Shown: positions 8,494 through 18,295, counted from the first letter of the stretch. The stretch is DNA of 45,731 bases from a bacterium (GCA_040390065.1 JAZJZE010000013.1:1-45731); one strand, 5' to 3'. Notes: generated by a model not told the origin, from the letters alone. Program-made: numbers and translations.

Positions 8494-10186
8494 CGATCGG
8501 CAAGCGCACGGTGAACGTCGAGCCTTGACCGGCGCCTGCTGACGCCACTGCGATGGTGCCGCCGTGCTGCTCGGCGATGCCCTTGCAGATGTACAGCCCC
8601 AAACCCGTACCGCGTTCGTTGGGAGCCATCGCTTGCCGGTCATGCACCTGCGAGAAGGCGCGAAACAGCTTGGCTTGGTCGGCGGCCGTGATGCCGCGCC
8701 CAGTGTCCGCGACGTCGAAGCGGACGAAGGTCCCGTCGGCCTGGGTCGAGACGGTGATGCGCCCGCCGGCCGGGGTGAACTTGAGCGAGTTGCCGATGAG
8801 GTTGGTCAGGACCTGGTTGATGCGCACCGGATCGCATGTGAGCGGCAGCGCGCCAGGCGCGTCCACGACGAGAACGATGGACCGTTCCACGCCCTGCGCG
8901 CGCATCGACTCGGTTGCCTGACGAACGAGGACGGCGGCATCTGCGGACTGCACGTCGAGGCGCAGACGGCCAGCATCCAGATTGGCCATGTCCTTGAGGT
9001 CGCCGACCATCGCGACGACGTGCTCGACGTTGCGGCGGATGATGCCGAGGGACTTTGCCTGCGGCTCCGACAATGGCCCGCCTGCGGTCTCCAGCAGCCG
9101 GACTTGCAGGCGCACAGGCGTAAGCGGGCTCGCAAGGTCGTGCGTGATGTTGGTGAGCATCTGGGTGCGCGCCGCTTGTGCGGCCTTGACTTCCGCGAGC
9201 GACCGCTCGACCTGTTGGCGCAGCTGCAGGTTCTCCAGCAGCATGACGAACTGGCGCGTCGTCAGGAGGCCGATGACGACGATGGCGTTCCAGAACAGGA
9301 AGGGTTCGAGCCAACCCTCGCGGAGCTCCACGATGATGCCGGCCACCGTCGCGACGACGAATGGCCCCAGGGGCAGGACGGTCAGGGCAAGGCCCGGTCG
9401 CGGCGCCTCGCTCGCCGCCACGATGGGGATGGGCCGGATGGCTGCGTATCCGATGCACAGGAAGCAGGCTGGCCAACCCACATCGGACCACGACCCGGAG
9501 GCGTACGAGTTGTGGGCCAACTGGTACCAGAATCCGACGTCGGCGAACGTGAGGGCGGCAAGCGCGGCCCCGAGCCACGCAAGAGTGCGCTGGACGCTGG
9601 GCTGCACGCGCGTTGCCACCAAGAGGAGGAGGGAGACGAGGATGAGGTCGCCCAGGGGATACGCCAACGACAAGACCTTGGCAAGCGTCGTCGCCTGCTG
9701 TCCAGCGTAGCTTGCAAGCGGGCGCAGCACCGTGGCCCAGCCGATGAAGAGGATGGCCCCGGCGATGAGGAATCCGTCCAGGAGCGTGCGCACACGCGAC
9801 GTGACGGCCGTGCCGCCGACGACCATTCCGAGGAGGGCTGCCCCCGCCGCCGGGATGAGCAGGATGTACCCGGCATCCGCAAGGGAGGGGAACGGGACCG
9901 TGCGCAGTTCGATGGGGATGTCGCGTTGGGTCCACAACTCCAGGTACGTCCACATCGAATTGCCGAGGGCCCAGGCAAGGCTACCGGCCCCGATGAGTTG
10001 CCAGGCAAGCCGGCGCTCTCGGGGCAAGTAGTGGGCCCGCCACAACGACAGGCCGGCGACGGCGGCGGGGATGATCGTGCTCGAGACGTCGACGAAGGTT
10101 CGCGTCGCAAGCAGCCCGCCCCACGACATCCGGGTCCATGCGACGAACGATGCCAGGAAGACGACTGCGGCGGCGGCGTAGGCCAT
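8483..10186 (-). CDS. Multi-TM sensor histidine kinase (HisKA + HATPase)
   Basis: H-box THDLASPL, N-box QVLTNLIGNSLKFT, DTGRGI, GTGLGL. About 9 TM N-terminal region with YPLGDL. Start uncertain (10186 or 10249). Confidence 0.92.
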   Translation of the reverse strand: MAYAAAAVVFLASFVAWTRMSWGGLLATRTFVDVSSTIIPAAVAGLSLWRAHYLPRERRLAWQLIGAGSLAWALGNSMWTYLELWTQRDIPIELRTVPFPSLADAGYILLIPAAGAALLGMVVGGTAVTSRVRTLLDGFLIAGAILFIGWATVLRPLASYAGQQATTLAKVLSLAYPLGDLILVSLLLLVATRVQPSVQRTLAWLGAALAALTFADVGFWYQLAHNSYASGSWSDVGWPACFLCIGYAAIRPIPIVAASEAPRPGLALTVLPLGPFVVATVAGIIVELREGWLEPFLFWNAIVVIGLLTTRQFVMLLENLQLRQQVERSLAEVKAAQAARTQMLTNITHDLASPLTPVRLQVRLLETAGGPLSEPQAKSLGIIRRNVEHVVAMVGDLKDMANLDAGRLRLDVQSADAAVLVRQATESMRAQGVERSIVLVVDAPGALPLTCDPVRINQVLTNLIGNSLKFTPAGGRITVSTQADGTFVRFDVADTGRGITAADQAKLFRAFSQVHDRQAMAPNERGTGLGLYICKGIAEQHGGTIAVASAGAGQGSTFTVRLPIVKA

Positions 10187-10295
10187 CCGCAAGGGACGCG
10201 CCTGCCTGCCGTACGGGTCGGGCACCACTTTGCAACCAATGCATCGCATCCCTCTTGGCCGTTGCGGGCGGACGGGGCCGGCCGGGCGCTCCCTG

Positions 10296-12215
10296 TTACT
10301 TGAAGCGGATCGTTTCGGCGTTCTGCAGGCTGCGCGCTTCAATGCCGAACTTCGCCTTGATGGATTCGGCGAGGTCGATGCACTTCGAGGCCTCGCCATG
10401 GCCCGTCAGGACGAGTTTGGGCATGGGCTCCATGTTCTGGATGAAGTTCATGAGTTGCCGGCGGTCGCAGTGGCCGGAGAAGCCGTCGATTGTCACGAGT
10501 TCCATCTCGACGCGCACGGAGCGTGACTGGCCGGCCTCCTGCACCGGGATCTCGCGGTACCCGCGCTGCAGTTTGCGCCCCAGGCTGCCCTCCGAGTTGA
10601 AACCCACGAAGCAGAGCGAGTTCTTGGCGTCGTCCGCCCAGTGCCGCAGGTATTCGAGGACCGGTCCGCCGGTGAGCATGCCAGAGGTGGCCAGCACGAT
10701 GCATGGTTCCGGGTCCGCGCAGATGCGCTGACGCATCTCGTGCGAGTCGACACGCTTGAAGATGCCCGACGACAGCGGGTTGTCGTTCTGCTGGAAGATG
10801 CGCTGCTTCAAGCCGTCGTTCAGGTACTCGGGATAGCACGTGTGCAAGGCCGTGGCTTCCCAGATCATGCCGTCGAGGTAGACGGGCATGCGCGGGATCT
10901 GGTTCGTACGCATGAGTTCCTCGATGACGAGCATGACCTCCTGGCTGCGGCCGACGGCGAAGACGGGGAAGACGGTCTTGCCCTTGCGCGCGGCGGTGCG
11001 GACCAGGACGTCCTTCGTTCCCTCCGCGGCCTCGGTCCGCGCGGGTTGCGTGTTGTCCTTGCCACCGTACGTCGACTCCACGATGATGGCGTCGAGGCGC
11101 GGGAACTTGTTGTTGGCCGGGTTGAAGAGCCACGAACGCTCGTACTTGATGTCACCGGAGAATGCGACGTTGTAGAGGCCGTCGCCGACGTGGAAATGCG
11201 CCACCGACGAGCCGAGGATGTGGCCCGCGTCGTGGAAAGTGAGGCGAAGGTCCGGTGCCACGTCCGTGGTCTCGCCCCAATCGACCGTGATGGTGTTGCG
11301 CAGGGCGTTGCGGACGTGCTCAGCGTCGTACGGCTTCTTGACACCTTGCGCCTCGGCGACCCGGATGTAATCCATCGTCAGCAGCGCCATGATGTCCCGC
11401 GTCGGCGGCGTGCAATAGACCGGGCCGTCGTAGCCGTACTTGAACAGCAGAGGAACGAGGCCGCAGTGGTCGAGGTGGCCGTGCGTGAGGACGACGGCGT
11501 CGAGGCTCGTAAACGGCTGCACTTCGCCGAGAGTGAACATGGGAGTCGCGGGGTCGTTCTCCTCGAACTTCACGCCGCAGTCGACGAGCACCTTGGAGTC
11601 CTGCGTCTGCAGCATGGCGCACGAACGGCCCACTTCTCGCCAAGCGCCGAGGGCCGTCATGCGGATCCAATGCTCGTCCCCCTCGGGCGCAGCGCTGCGG
11701 TGCATGCGACGGCCCACGCGGCGCAGGAACAGCCGGCGCTGGTCGGCCACACTGCGCAGGTATTCGCGCACCTCCTTCACGGTGCGGCTGGGAATCGGCG
11801 GCGTGCGGATGACCTTCGGGTTCCACCCCACTTCGGCGCGGATCTTGTTGAGCGTCGAGCCCTTCGCGCCAATGGCAAGTCCGGGCCGCTGCACTTCGAG
11901 CGTCACCTCGCCGATGGCCGGCGACCACGACAAGTCCGTGATTCCGGCCTCGGCGGGCACGACGGCGCGGATGCGCTTGTCCGCCTCCTCCGGCGGCATG
12001 AGCACAGATGGGTCGGGGCGGATGGCGACGCGCTTCTGCAAGGCCCGCGCAAGTTTGGAGATGAGGCCGCCATCCTCGGCGAAGGCCGCCGGCGTCTTCG
12101 TGTACAGCACGAGTTCGTGCGCCTCGAAGTCCATGTCCGTGACGTCAACGGAGCGCGGCAGGATCGCGTCGACCTGCTTGCGCAGATCCTTCAGGAGGTC
12201 TTCGACGGAAGCCAT
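10296..12215 (-). CDS. fttA: Archaeal CPSF1 / FttA beta-CASP ribonuclease with two KH domains
   Basis: N-terminal KH region (PGLAIGAKG), EVGRSC, THGHLDH, AGHILGS, ESTYGG, GFSGH, HGE. Confidence 0.97.
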   Translation of the reverse strand: MASVEDLLKDLRKQVDAILPRSVDVTDMDFEAHELVLYTKTPAAFAEDGGLISKLARALQKRVAIRPDPSVLMPPEEADKRIRAVVPAEAGITDLSWSPAIGEVTLEVQRPGLAIGAKGSTLNKIRAEVGWNPKVIRTPPIPSRTVKEVREYLRSVADQRRLFLRRVGRRMHRSAAPEGDEHWIRMTALGAWREVGRSCAMLQTQDSKVLVDCGVKFEENDPATPMFTLGEVQPFTSLDAVVLTHGHLDHCGLVPLLFKYGYDGPVYCTPPTRDIMALLTMDYIRVAEAQGVKKPYDAEHVRNALRNTITVDWGETTDVAPDLRLTFHDAGHILGSSVAHFHVGDGLYNVAFSGDIKYERSWLFNPANNKFPRLDAIIVESTYGGKDNTQPARTEAAEGTKDVLVRTAARKGKTVFPVFAVGRSQEVMLVIEELMRTNQIPRMPVYLDGMIWEATALHTCYPEYLNDGLKQRIFQQNDNPLSSGIFKRVDSHEMRQRICADPEPCIVLATSGMLTGGPVLEYLRHWADDAKNSLCFVGFNSEGSLGRKLQRGYREIPVQEAGQSRSVRVEMELVTIDGFSGHCDRRQLMNFIQNMEPMPKLVLTGHGEASKCIDLAESIKAKFGIEARSLQNAETIRFK

Positions 12216-12303
12216 GGGGTCGCCCAGAAAAGCCCAGGGACGCGTCCCCGGTTGTTCTTGTCATGGGCGACGGGGTTGATGGGGGTTTCGCCCGGCCGGC
12301 GGC

Positions 12304-12801
12304 CTACTTGCCTGGGGCTGGCCGGGGACCCGACGCCGACGGCCGCGCCGCCATCGAGGACGGCTGCGGCGACGAGGCGACGACGTGCCAAAGGAAGCGG
12401 CCCAGCACGGCTCCCGACAGAATCAGCGTCCCGTGGAAGCCCCATTCCAGTGCCAGAAGGCCTTCGAGGTTCATGCCGACGTGCATGTGAAGGGCGTCAT
12501 GCGGCACCCAGTTCACGAGCAGCCACCCGATGGCGAGGTAGGCGGGGATGGCAAGCCGGGTCGAGCCCGCGGCGGCGCGCACCGGGTGGTAGCCGAGGAT
12601 CAAGAAGGCGATGCCCGCTCCGAAAGCGGCCGCCTCGAAAATGGAGTAGGCGATGAATCCGCCAAGCAGCGCCCCAGTCGGCTCCGTGGGCATCGGGGCG
12701 GGCGGCCAGAGGATGGCGCCGAGGGGTCCGGTTCCCTGGAGGAGGAATCCAAAGGCGGCAAAGGGCAGTGCGACGAGGGCGTACTTGGTTCGTGGGTTCA
12801 T
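12304..12801 (-). CDS. Four-TM hypothetical membrane protein
   Basis: Starts MNPRTKY. Four hydrophobic segments. His-rich motif NWVPHDALHMH...EWGFH suggests metal binding. Confidence 0.7.
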   Translation of the reverse strand: MNPRTKYALVALPFAAFGFLLQGTGPLGAILWPPAPMPTEPTGALLGGFIAYSIFEAAAFGAGIAFLILGYHPVRAAAGSTRLAIPAYLAIGWLLVNWVPHDALHMHVGMNLEGLLALEWGFHGTLILSGAVLGRFLWHVVASSPQPSSMAARPSASGPRPAPGK

Positions 12802-12926
12802 GGAGGTCAGGCCTCGACCCCAATGGCGTGGCAGGTGGAATGTAGCTTCCCGCGCAGGGCTCCGAGACTTCTCGGAACCGGCAGGCGAACCCTTCATGAA
12901 GTCCGGCCCCCGATTGCCTGGATGCC

Positions 12927-13775
12927 ATGGACCTGTCCAAGCTTACCGCCGAGGCCTACGGGTCGGGCCGCCTCGAGATTCTGCGCCTGCTTGCCGCGCA
13001 ACCCCAACGCTATACTGACCTTGTGCGCCGGTTGGAGCTCTCGGAGGGCGAGGTGTCGCGGCATCTGCAGCGCTTGCACGCCGCCGGCCTGGTCGACAAA
13101 CTTGCCACAGGAGGCTTCACGGCGACGCCGCTTGCTCGCCTCGCGCTGTGCTTCGCGGGAGCGCTGGGCCTCATGGCGCGCCACGACCAATACTTCCGCA
13201 GCCACGACGTAGCCGCCCTCGACGAGCCGTTCCTGCAACGCCTCGGCGACTTGGCGTACGCCGAATTCCTGACCGACCCACTCGAGGTGCAGGCCGCGAT
13301 GATGCGGCTTTTCCAAGGCGTCGAGGGACGCTTCGACGGCATCTGCCTCGTGGCCGAGCATATGGCCATGGGAGATCCAAGTGAACCCCTGAAGGTGCTG
13401 GCGCAGCGCGCGAGCGACCACGGGACGCGCGTCCGGCTGCTCCTGCAAGACGAGGACGCGCAACTGGGGGTACGGGTCCACTGCGGCGTCGCGCCAGGCA
13501 TCGAGTACCGGACGGTCCCGGTGTCGCGCGTCGACCTCATGGTCACCGGCAACATGGCGATCCTGGGTTTCGTCGACCGTGATGGCCGCATGGATTACAA
13601 CCAGTGCTTCGGCGGATCCGACGCCCGCTTCATCGCCTTCTGCCAAGACTACTTCGACGTCGTCTGGGCCCGCGCCAAGATCGTTCCATCGGGCATCGTG
13701 CAAGCCGCGACGCGGGCCGCCCGTTCAGAAGGGGACGTGGTCCGCCCGACGCGACGGGTCACTCGGTCCAGCTGA
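12927..13775 (+). CDS. ArsR-like winged-HTH transcriptional regulator with C-terminal effector domain
   Basis: RLEILRLL...YTDLVRRLELSEGEVSRHLQRLHAAGLV. C-terminal domain ends FCQDYFDVVW. Divergent from the 4-TM gene. Confidence 0.85.
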   Translation: MDLSKLTAEAYGSGRLEILRLLAAQPQRYTDLVRRLELSEGEVSRHLQRLHAAGLVDKLATGGFTATPLARLALCFAGALGLMARHDQYFRSHDVAALDEPFLQRLGDLAYAEFLTDPLEVQAAMMRLFQGVEGRFDGICLVAEHMAMGDPSEPLKVLAQRASDHGTRVRLLLQDEDAQLGVRVHCGVAPGIEYRTVPVSRVDLMVTGNMAILGFVDRDGRMDYNQCFGGSDARFIAFCQDYFDVVWARAKIVPSGIVQAATRAARSEGDVVRPTRRVTRSS

Positions 13776-14544
13776 GCGGCAACTTCAGCGCCTTGTGGCG
13801 CTTCACGATGTCCTCTTCTTCGAGGCGGCGGAAGCCTTTCTCGTCGATGACGGCGATGTCCATGCCGTTGCCGGAGGCGGAGTCGCGGCGCATGGCGGCG
13901 TTGAGGGCCCGGATGGCAAGATCGATGCCTTCCTTTGCGGGGATGTCCTCGGTCATGCGGTCTTCCAGCACACCGTAGGCGAAGGGCGAGCCGGAGCCCG
14001 TGCACGTCCACGTCTCGGGGATGGCGCCTCCGGCGGCGTCGACGGAGTAGATGTGGCCGCCCGTCTCGTCACGTCCGCCCAAGATGAGTTGCACCCAGTA
14101 CGGCGTGAAGCGGCTTGCGTTGAGGATGTTGCCCAAGAGTGTTGCCGCGGACTTCACTGGCATCGGGCCGTCGCGCTTGAAACGGTACAGTTGCGCCTGC
14201 GCCTGCAAGTGGCGGGCGATCATCTGCGCGTCGCCGACCAGCCCGGCCGTGGTGAGCGCCAAGTGCGTGTCGACTGAGTAGAGTTTCTGCGTGTCCTTGT
14301 GGCCGATGAGGTGGCCCATGGTCGCGCGCTTCTCGGTCGCCATGATGACGCCGTCGGTGCACGCGATGGCGAGTGTCGTCGTGCCTGTCTTCGTGGCCGG
14401 CGCGCCGTGGGCGGGCCCGTTTCCGACGGACGGCATCGGGATGCGAAGTTCGCGGCCAGGCGCGAGACCGGAGGCGGGGGCACCGCTCATGGCCGCCGCT
14501 GCGTCGAGCGGGCCGTCGAACGGGTTGAAGGATGGGAAGTCCAT
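13759..14544 (-). CDS. psmB: Proteasome subunit beta
   Basis: KTG/TTT autocleavage site, EKRATMG, AGLVGDAQ, TGSGS, RDSASGNG. Confidence 0.97.
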   Translation of the reverse strand: MDFPSFNPFDGPLDAAAAMSGAPASGLAPGRELRIPMPSVGNGPAHGAPATKTGTTTLAIACTDGVIMATEKRATMGHLIGHKDTQKLYSVDTHLALTTAGLVGDAQMIARHLQAQAQLYRFKRDGPMPVKSAATLLGNILNASRFTPYWVQLILGGRDETGGHIYSVDAAGGAIPETWTCTGSGSPFAYGVLEDRMTEDIPAKEGIDLAIRALNAAMRRDSASGNGMDIAVIDEKGFRRLEEEDIVKRHKALKLPLSWTE

Positions 14545-14625
14545 GCAGGCTTTCCAAGCACGCCGGCCGTATGAACGGTTCGGCCGCGCCGTCGCCGTTA
14601 AGTGGGCGACCACCTGGCCAATCCC

Positions 14626-15411
14626 ATGCAGCCTCCCGTCGTCATCCTGGTGGGCCCGACACACCCGGGCAACGTCGGCGCGGCAGCCCGCGGTGCTGCG
14701 AACTTCGGTTGCACCGACTTCCGCGTCGTCGACCCCAAATGCGACATCCACGGCAACGAGGCGCTCAACAGGGCGAAGCACGCGAAGGCCATCCTCGAGA
14801 ACGCGAAAGTGACGGCGACGCTCGGCGAGGCGCTGGAAGGCGTCAGCATGGCCGTCGGCACGACGGCCCGCACGTCGCTTGCTGAGAACCGCTTCAACCG
14901 CAAGCCCCTCGACGTGCGCGACTACATGGAGACCTTGCGCGGCTGGGACGGCAAACTCGCCTGGGTCTTCGGCCGCGAAGCCGACGGCCTCACCGGCGCC
15001 GAGGTCGACCAGCTCGACCAACTCGTCACCATCCCGACCGCGGAGTATTGGAGCCTCAACCTTAGCCACGCGGTGACGCTGTGCTGCTACGAGCATCACC
15101 GGATGCGTTCGGCGGCGCGCAGCGTCGAACGCCAACTCGACCCCGACGCGCTTCTGGCCCTCAACCGTGCATGGGACGCCATGATCGAGGAGACGGAGCC
15201 ACGCGAATGGCGGCGCCGCACCGCGCGGGGTGTCTGGCGGAAGGTCATCGGCCGCAGCGCGCCGGACACGTTCGAGGTGCACAACGTCATGGGCATCCTC
15301 GCCAACGCCTTGAAGCGCTTCGGCCGCCCGGGCTTCCAGACGGAGTCGTCGCAGCAGCACCTCAAGGAACAGGGCTTGCTGGTGCCGCCGCTCGATGACG
15401 AAGACAAGTAG
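14626..15411 (+). CDS. trmJ: SPOUT RNA methyltransferase, TrmJ/LasT family
   Basis: PGNVGAAARGAANFG, VGTTAR, VFGREADGLT, SLNLSHAV. Confidence 0.9.
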   Translation: MQPPVVILVGPTHPGNVGAAARGAANFGCTDFRVVDPKCDIHGNEALNRAKHAKAILENAKVTATLGEALEGVSMAVGTTARTSLAENRFNRKPLDVRDYMETLRGWDGKLAWVFGREADGLTGAEVDQLDQLVTIPTAEYWSLNLSHAVTLCCYEHHRMRSAARSVERQLDPDALLALNRAWDAMIEETEPREWRRRTARGVWRKVIGRSAPDTFEVHNVMGILANALKRFGRPGFQTESSQQHLKEQGLLVPPLDDEDK

Positions 15412-15549
15412 TGTGGCCAGCGCCACGCCTGTCAACAGGTGCAACAGATTGAACGGATACGCTGCCGTTCAATGTGTTCCATCCTTCCCATCGGTTGACC
15501 TGGCGCGCCCGATGGGCAAGCCTACAACCTCCTCACCCATGGCAAGCCC

Positions 15550-16119
15550 ATGGTTTCCTGGGTGCCGCAGATCGTGGTCCCGCCGCTGGCCGCCCTCGCC
15601 TTCCTGCGCGGTCTCGACCGGCGGTGGGTCATGTGGCTAGCACCTACGACGTACCTCGCTGACCTCGACTACCTCGTGCCGGGCGAACACCGCGTCTACA
15701 CGCACAGCCTCGTCATCCCTCTCATCCTCATGTGGTTCGTCGCGTTCCTCTGGCGGCGCAAGGCCCGCGACGCCGGCTTCTGGGAATACGCCACCCGGCC
15801 CGGCTGGGGCCTCGGCCTTACGCTGACGGCGTACTACTTCACGGCGCATGCGGTGATGGACGTCTTCACCGGCGGTGTCGCGCTCTTCTGGCCGATCCTT
15901 TGGACGAACTTCTACGTCGACTTCTCCATCACGCTCGACCTCGTGCACCACACAATCACGCCCCAGGCGGAGACCGGGGCGACGCCGGAGCCGGCGCCGC
16001 TCGACGAAAACTACCCATGGCTGTCGCCCGAACATTCGGCCATCCTGGCCTTCCTCCTCGTCCTCGGCCTCTGCGCACTCGGCTGGTGGGCCATCCGTCG
16101 CCGGCGACGCGCCGCCTGA
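15550..16119 (+). CDS. YdjM-like membrane-bound metal-dependent hydrolase
   Basis: ADLD, HRVYTHSL, HAVMDVFTGGVALFWP motifs and TM segments. Confidence 0.8.
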   Translation: MVSWVPQIVVPPLAALAFLRGLDRRWVMWLAPTTYLADLDYLVPGEHRVYTHSLVIPLILMWFVAFLWRRKARDAGFWEYATRPGWGLGLTLTAYYFTAHAVMDVFTGGVALFWPILWTNFYVDFSITLDLVHHTITPQAETGATPEPAPLDENYPWLSPEHSAILAFLLVLGLCALGWWAIRRRRRAA

Positions 16120-16161
16120 CGCTCGTCGGCTTCATCCAAAAAGGGGAAGACAGGCCTGCAG

Positions 16162-17217
16162 GTGGACGGCCACGTGCGCTGGCCCCTCCCCGTCGTCCTC
16201 GTCGCTCTGCTGGCGGCCGGGCTGGCGGGCTGCGGGGGCCAAGAACCCGCCACTGCGGACGCCGATGGCGACGGACTCTTCGACAACGAGGAGGTTGCAG
16301 GCTGGGACATCGAGGTGGATACGCCTGCCGGCCACGAGACCCGACACGTGACCAGCGACCCCGGCCTTGCCGACACGGATAGCGACGGCATCGATGACCA
16401 CTACGAGTTCCTGCTGGGTCTGGATGCGCACTCCAACGATACCGACGTCGATGGCCTGACCGATTGCCAGGAAAGCCGCCACTCGGTGCGCGCCCAATGC
16501 GACGACCCATCGTACCACGGCGCCACGGACGGGGGAACGGGCACGTTGGCTTTGCAGTGGGACACCGACCTCGACGGCCTGCCCGATGGGTTGGAGGTCG
16601 GCGGTTTCACGGTGAAGCTGCCAAACGGCGATTCACGCATCGAGCACACCGATCCAGCCCGTGGGGACACTGACAGCGATTTCCTCCCCGATGGCAAGGA
16701 GCTTCGCGACTTCCACTCCGACCCGCTCAACCCCGACACCGACGGCGACGGCTGCAAGGACGGCCAGGACCCGGTCCCGCTTGCCCTGGAGCGCTACTCG
16801 CTCAAGCCGGGGAACATCACGCTCCGGCAAGCCGCCCACGTCCGGTTGCGTCTGCTTCTGGCCGGAACCGTGGCCCTCGGCGGTGGCGATGGTGGCCAAG
16901 CGGTTCCGGCAGGCACGACCGACTTGTCGGGCATGGCCGTCCCCGCAGTCCGGCCGACCGGCTGCACGACGACTCCCACGGCGCCTTGGGTCACCGTCAG
17001 CGTCCTGGTGGAAGACGCGGGAAGCGGCCAACCGCGACTCTTGGACACCTTCTCGGGCAACCCCGGAGGATCCGCGCAAGCCTACTGGAACGTCGCCACG
17101 GGAACCATGAGTTGGAAAGGGGACGGCGCAGCGCCCGCGGCGGGGCCCTTCCACTGGTCCGGCGCCGATGGCGACATCTTCTTCGTCCCACTCCTGGCGG
17201 CGGGTCAAACGACATAA
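16162..17217 (+). CDS. Lipoprotein with multiple DxDxDG calcium-binding repeats
   Basis: Lipobox LAG-C. Repeats DADGDG, DTDSDG, DTDVDG, DTDLDG, DTDSDF, DTDGDG. Start could be GTG 16174. Confidence 0.85.
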   Translation: MDGHVRWPLPVVLVALLAAGLAGCGGQEPATADADGDGLFDNEEVAGWDIEVDTPAGHETRHVTSDPGLADTDSDGIDDHYEFLLGLDAHSNDTDVDGLTDCQESRHSVRAQCDDPSYHGATDGGTGTLALQWDTDLDGLPDGLEVGGFTVKLPNGDSRIEHTDPARGDTDSDFLPDGKELRDFHSDPLNPDTDGDGCKDGQDPVPLALERYSLKPGNITLRQAAHVRLRLLLAGTVALGGGDGGQAVPAGTTDLSGMAVPAVRPTGCTTTPTAPWVTVSVLVEDAGSGQPRLLDTFSGNPGGSAQAYWNVATGTMSWKGDGAAPAAGPFHWSGADGDIFFVPLLAAGQTT

Positions 17218-17225
17218 CCATAACC

Positions 17226-17231
17226 CTTAAG
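17226..17231 (+). promoter_or_regulatory. Putative TATA box of the surface-protein operon
   Basis: CTTAAG in an AT-rich patch. Implies a leader of ~50 nt containing the hairpin gcccg-aagaa-cgggc (17263-17277). Confidence 0.45.
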
Positions 17232-17305
17232 AGAAAAGGTGGTCCTCGTTGGGTTGAACCGAGCCCGAAGAACGGGCACCGGGTCCGATGGATTCGTGGT
17301 ATGAA

Positions 17306-18295
17306 ATGAACCAAACGCTTGCTCTCCGCCGCCTCGCCATCCCGGCCATCGGCCTGCTCATCGCCTCGGCCGTCCTGGCCAGCATGCCCGCCGCCTCGGC
17401 CGCCCCTGGCGACTTCCCGGCGAACTTCAACATCGTCTCCGTCTCCACGCCAGCTCCCCTCGAGCCGGATGGCCTGGCCGGCACGATCGCTGTCCACTAC
17501 GTGTACAACTACCCGAACACGTTCATCACGGCAAGCGGCGTCACGGCGGCGGCAACGACCCTGCACTTCACCCCTGCGCCCTCCTGCGCTGGAACCGGCT
17601 TCCTCCTGACGGGCGCCACGACGATTCCCATCATCATCAGCCCGCCTGGCCCGAACAGCGGTACGGCCGCCGGCAAGGTCGAGGGCGACGCAACCTTCCA
17701 CATCCAGGCAACCTCGGACGCCCCCGGCGAGACCCCGGTCACCTGCACGTTCACGGCCTACGTCGATGCGTGGGGCCCGAACAACGACGTCCCGAAGACG
17801 GACCCCCCGAGCACCGGCTCGACCCCCGTCATCGCGACGTACCACGGCCTGGTCGGCGCCACCGTCCCCGTCACCATCGACGAGGCCGGCCCGCAGAAGA
17901 CCATCAACTACGCCATCCACCTGGTGAACCTCGGCAACGCCCGCACCTTCGTGAACTTCAACGTCGTCGACCTGCACTCGGCGGACGGCTGGAACCCGGT
18001 CGCACCGAGCCAGACGTCGCTCGAGTCCAAGAACCAAGGCGGCACCCAGACGACCGCGGACGCCAACTTCCTCATCTCCACGCCGTACAAGAACGGCTGG
18101 AACAACAAGGAATCGACGTTCCAGCTCAAGATCCAGCCGCAGTCCACGAAGAACCCGCAACTGATCGGCAACGAGATTACGGTGAACATCCTGGCCCGCG
18201 TGCGCGGCATCTACGTGCCCGGACCGGACCCGATGCTCATGGTCGGCGCCATCCTCGGCACGGCCCTGCTGGCCCGCCTGCGCAAGACTGCCTAA
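17306..18295 (+). CDS. Secreted surface (S-layer-like) protein, paralogue A, with PGP-type C-terminal anchor
   Basis: Signal peptide, Thr/Asn/Pro-rich beta domains, NLGNART motif, tail VPGPDP-TM-RLRK. Strongly C/G-ending codons. Confidence 0.8.
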   Translation: MNQTLALRRLAIPAIGLLIASAVLASMPAASAAPGDFPANFNIVSVSTPAPLEPDGLAGTIAVHYVYNYPNTFITASGVTAAATTLHFTPAPSCAGTGFLLTGATTIPIIISPPGPNSGTAAGKVEGDATFHIQATSDAPGETPVTCTFTAYVDAWGPNNDVPKTDPPSTGSTPVIATYHGLVGATVPVTIDEAGPQKTINYAIHLVNLGNARTFVNFNVVDLHSADGWNPVAPSQTSLESKNQGGTQTTADANFLISTPYKNGWNNKESTFQLKIQPQSTKNPQLIGNEITVNILARVRGIYVPGPDPMLMVGAILGTALLARLRKTA

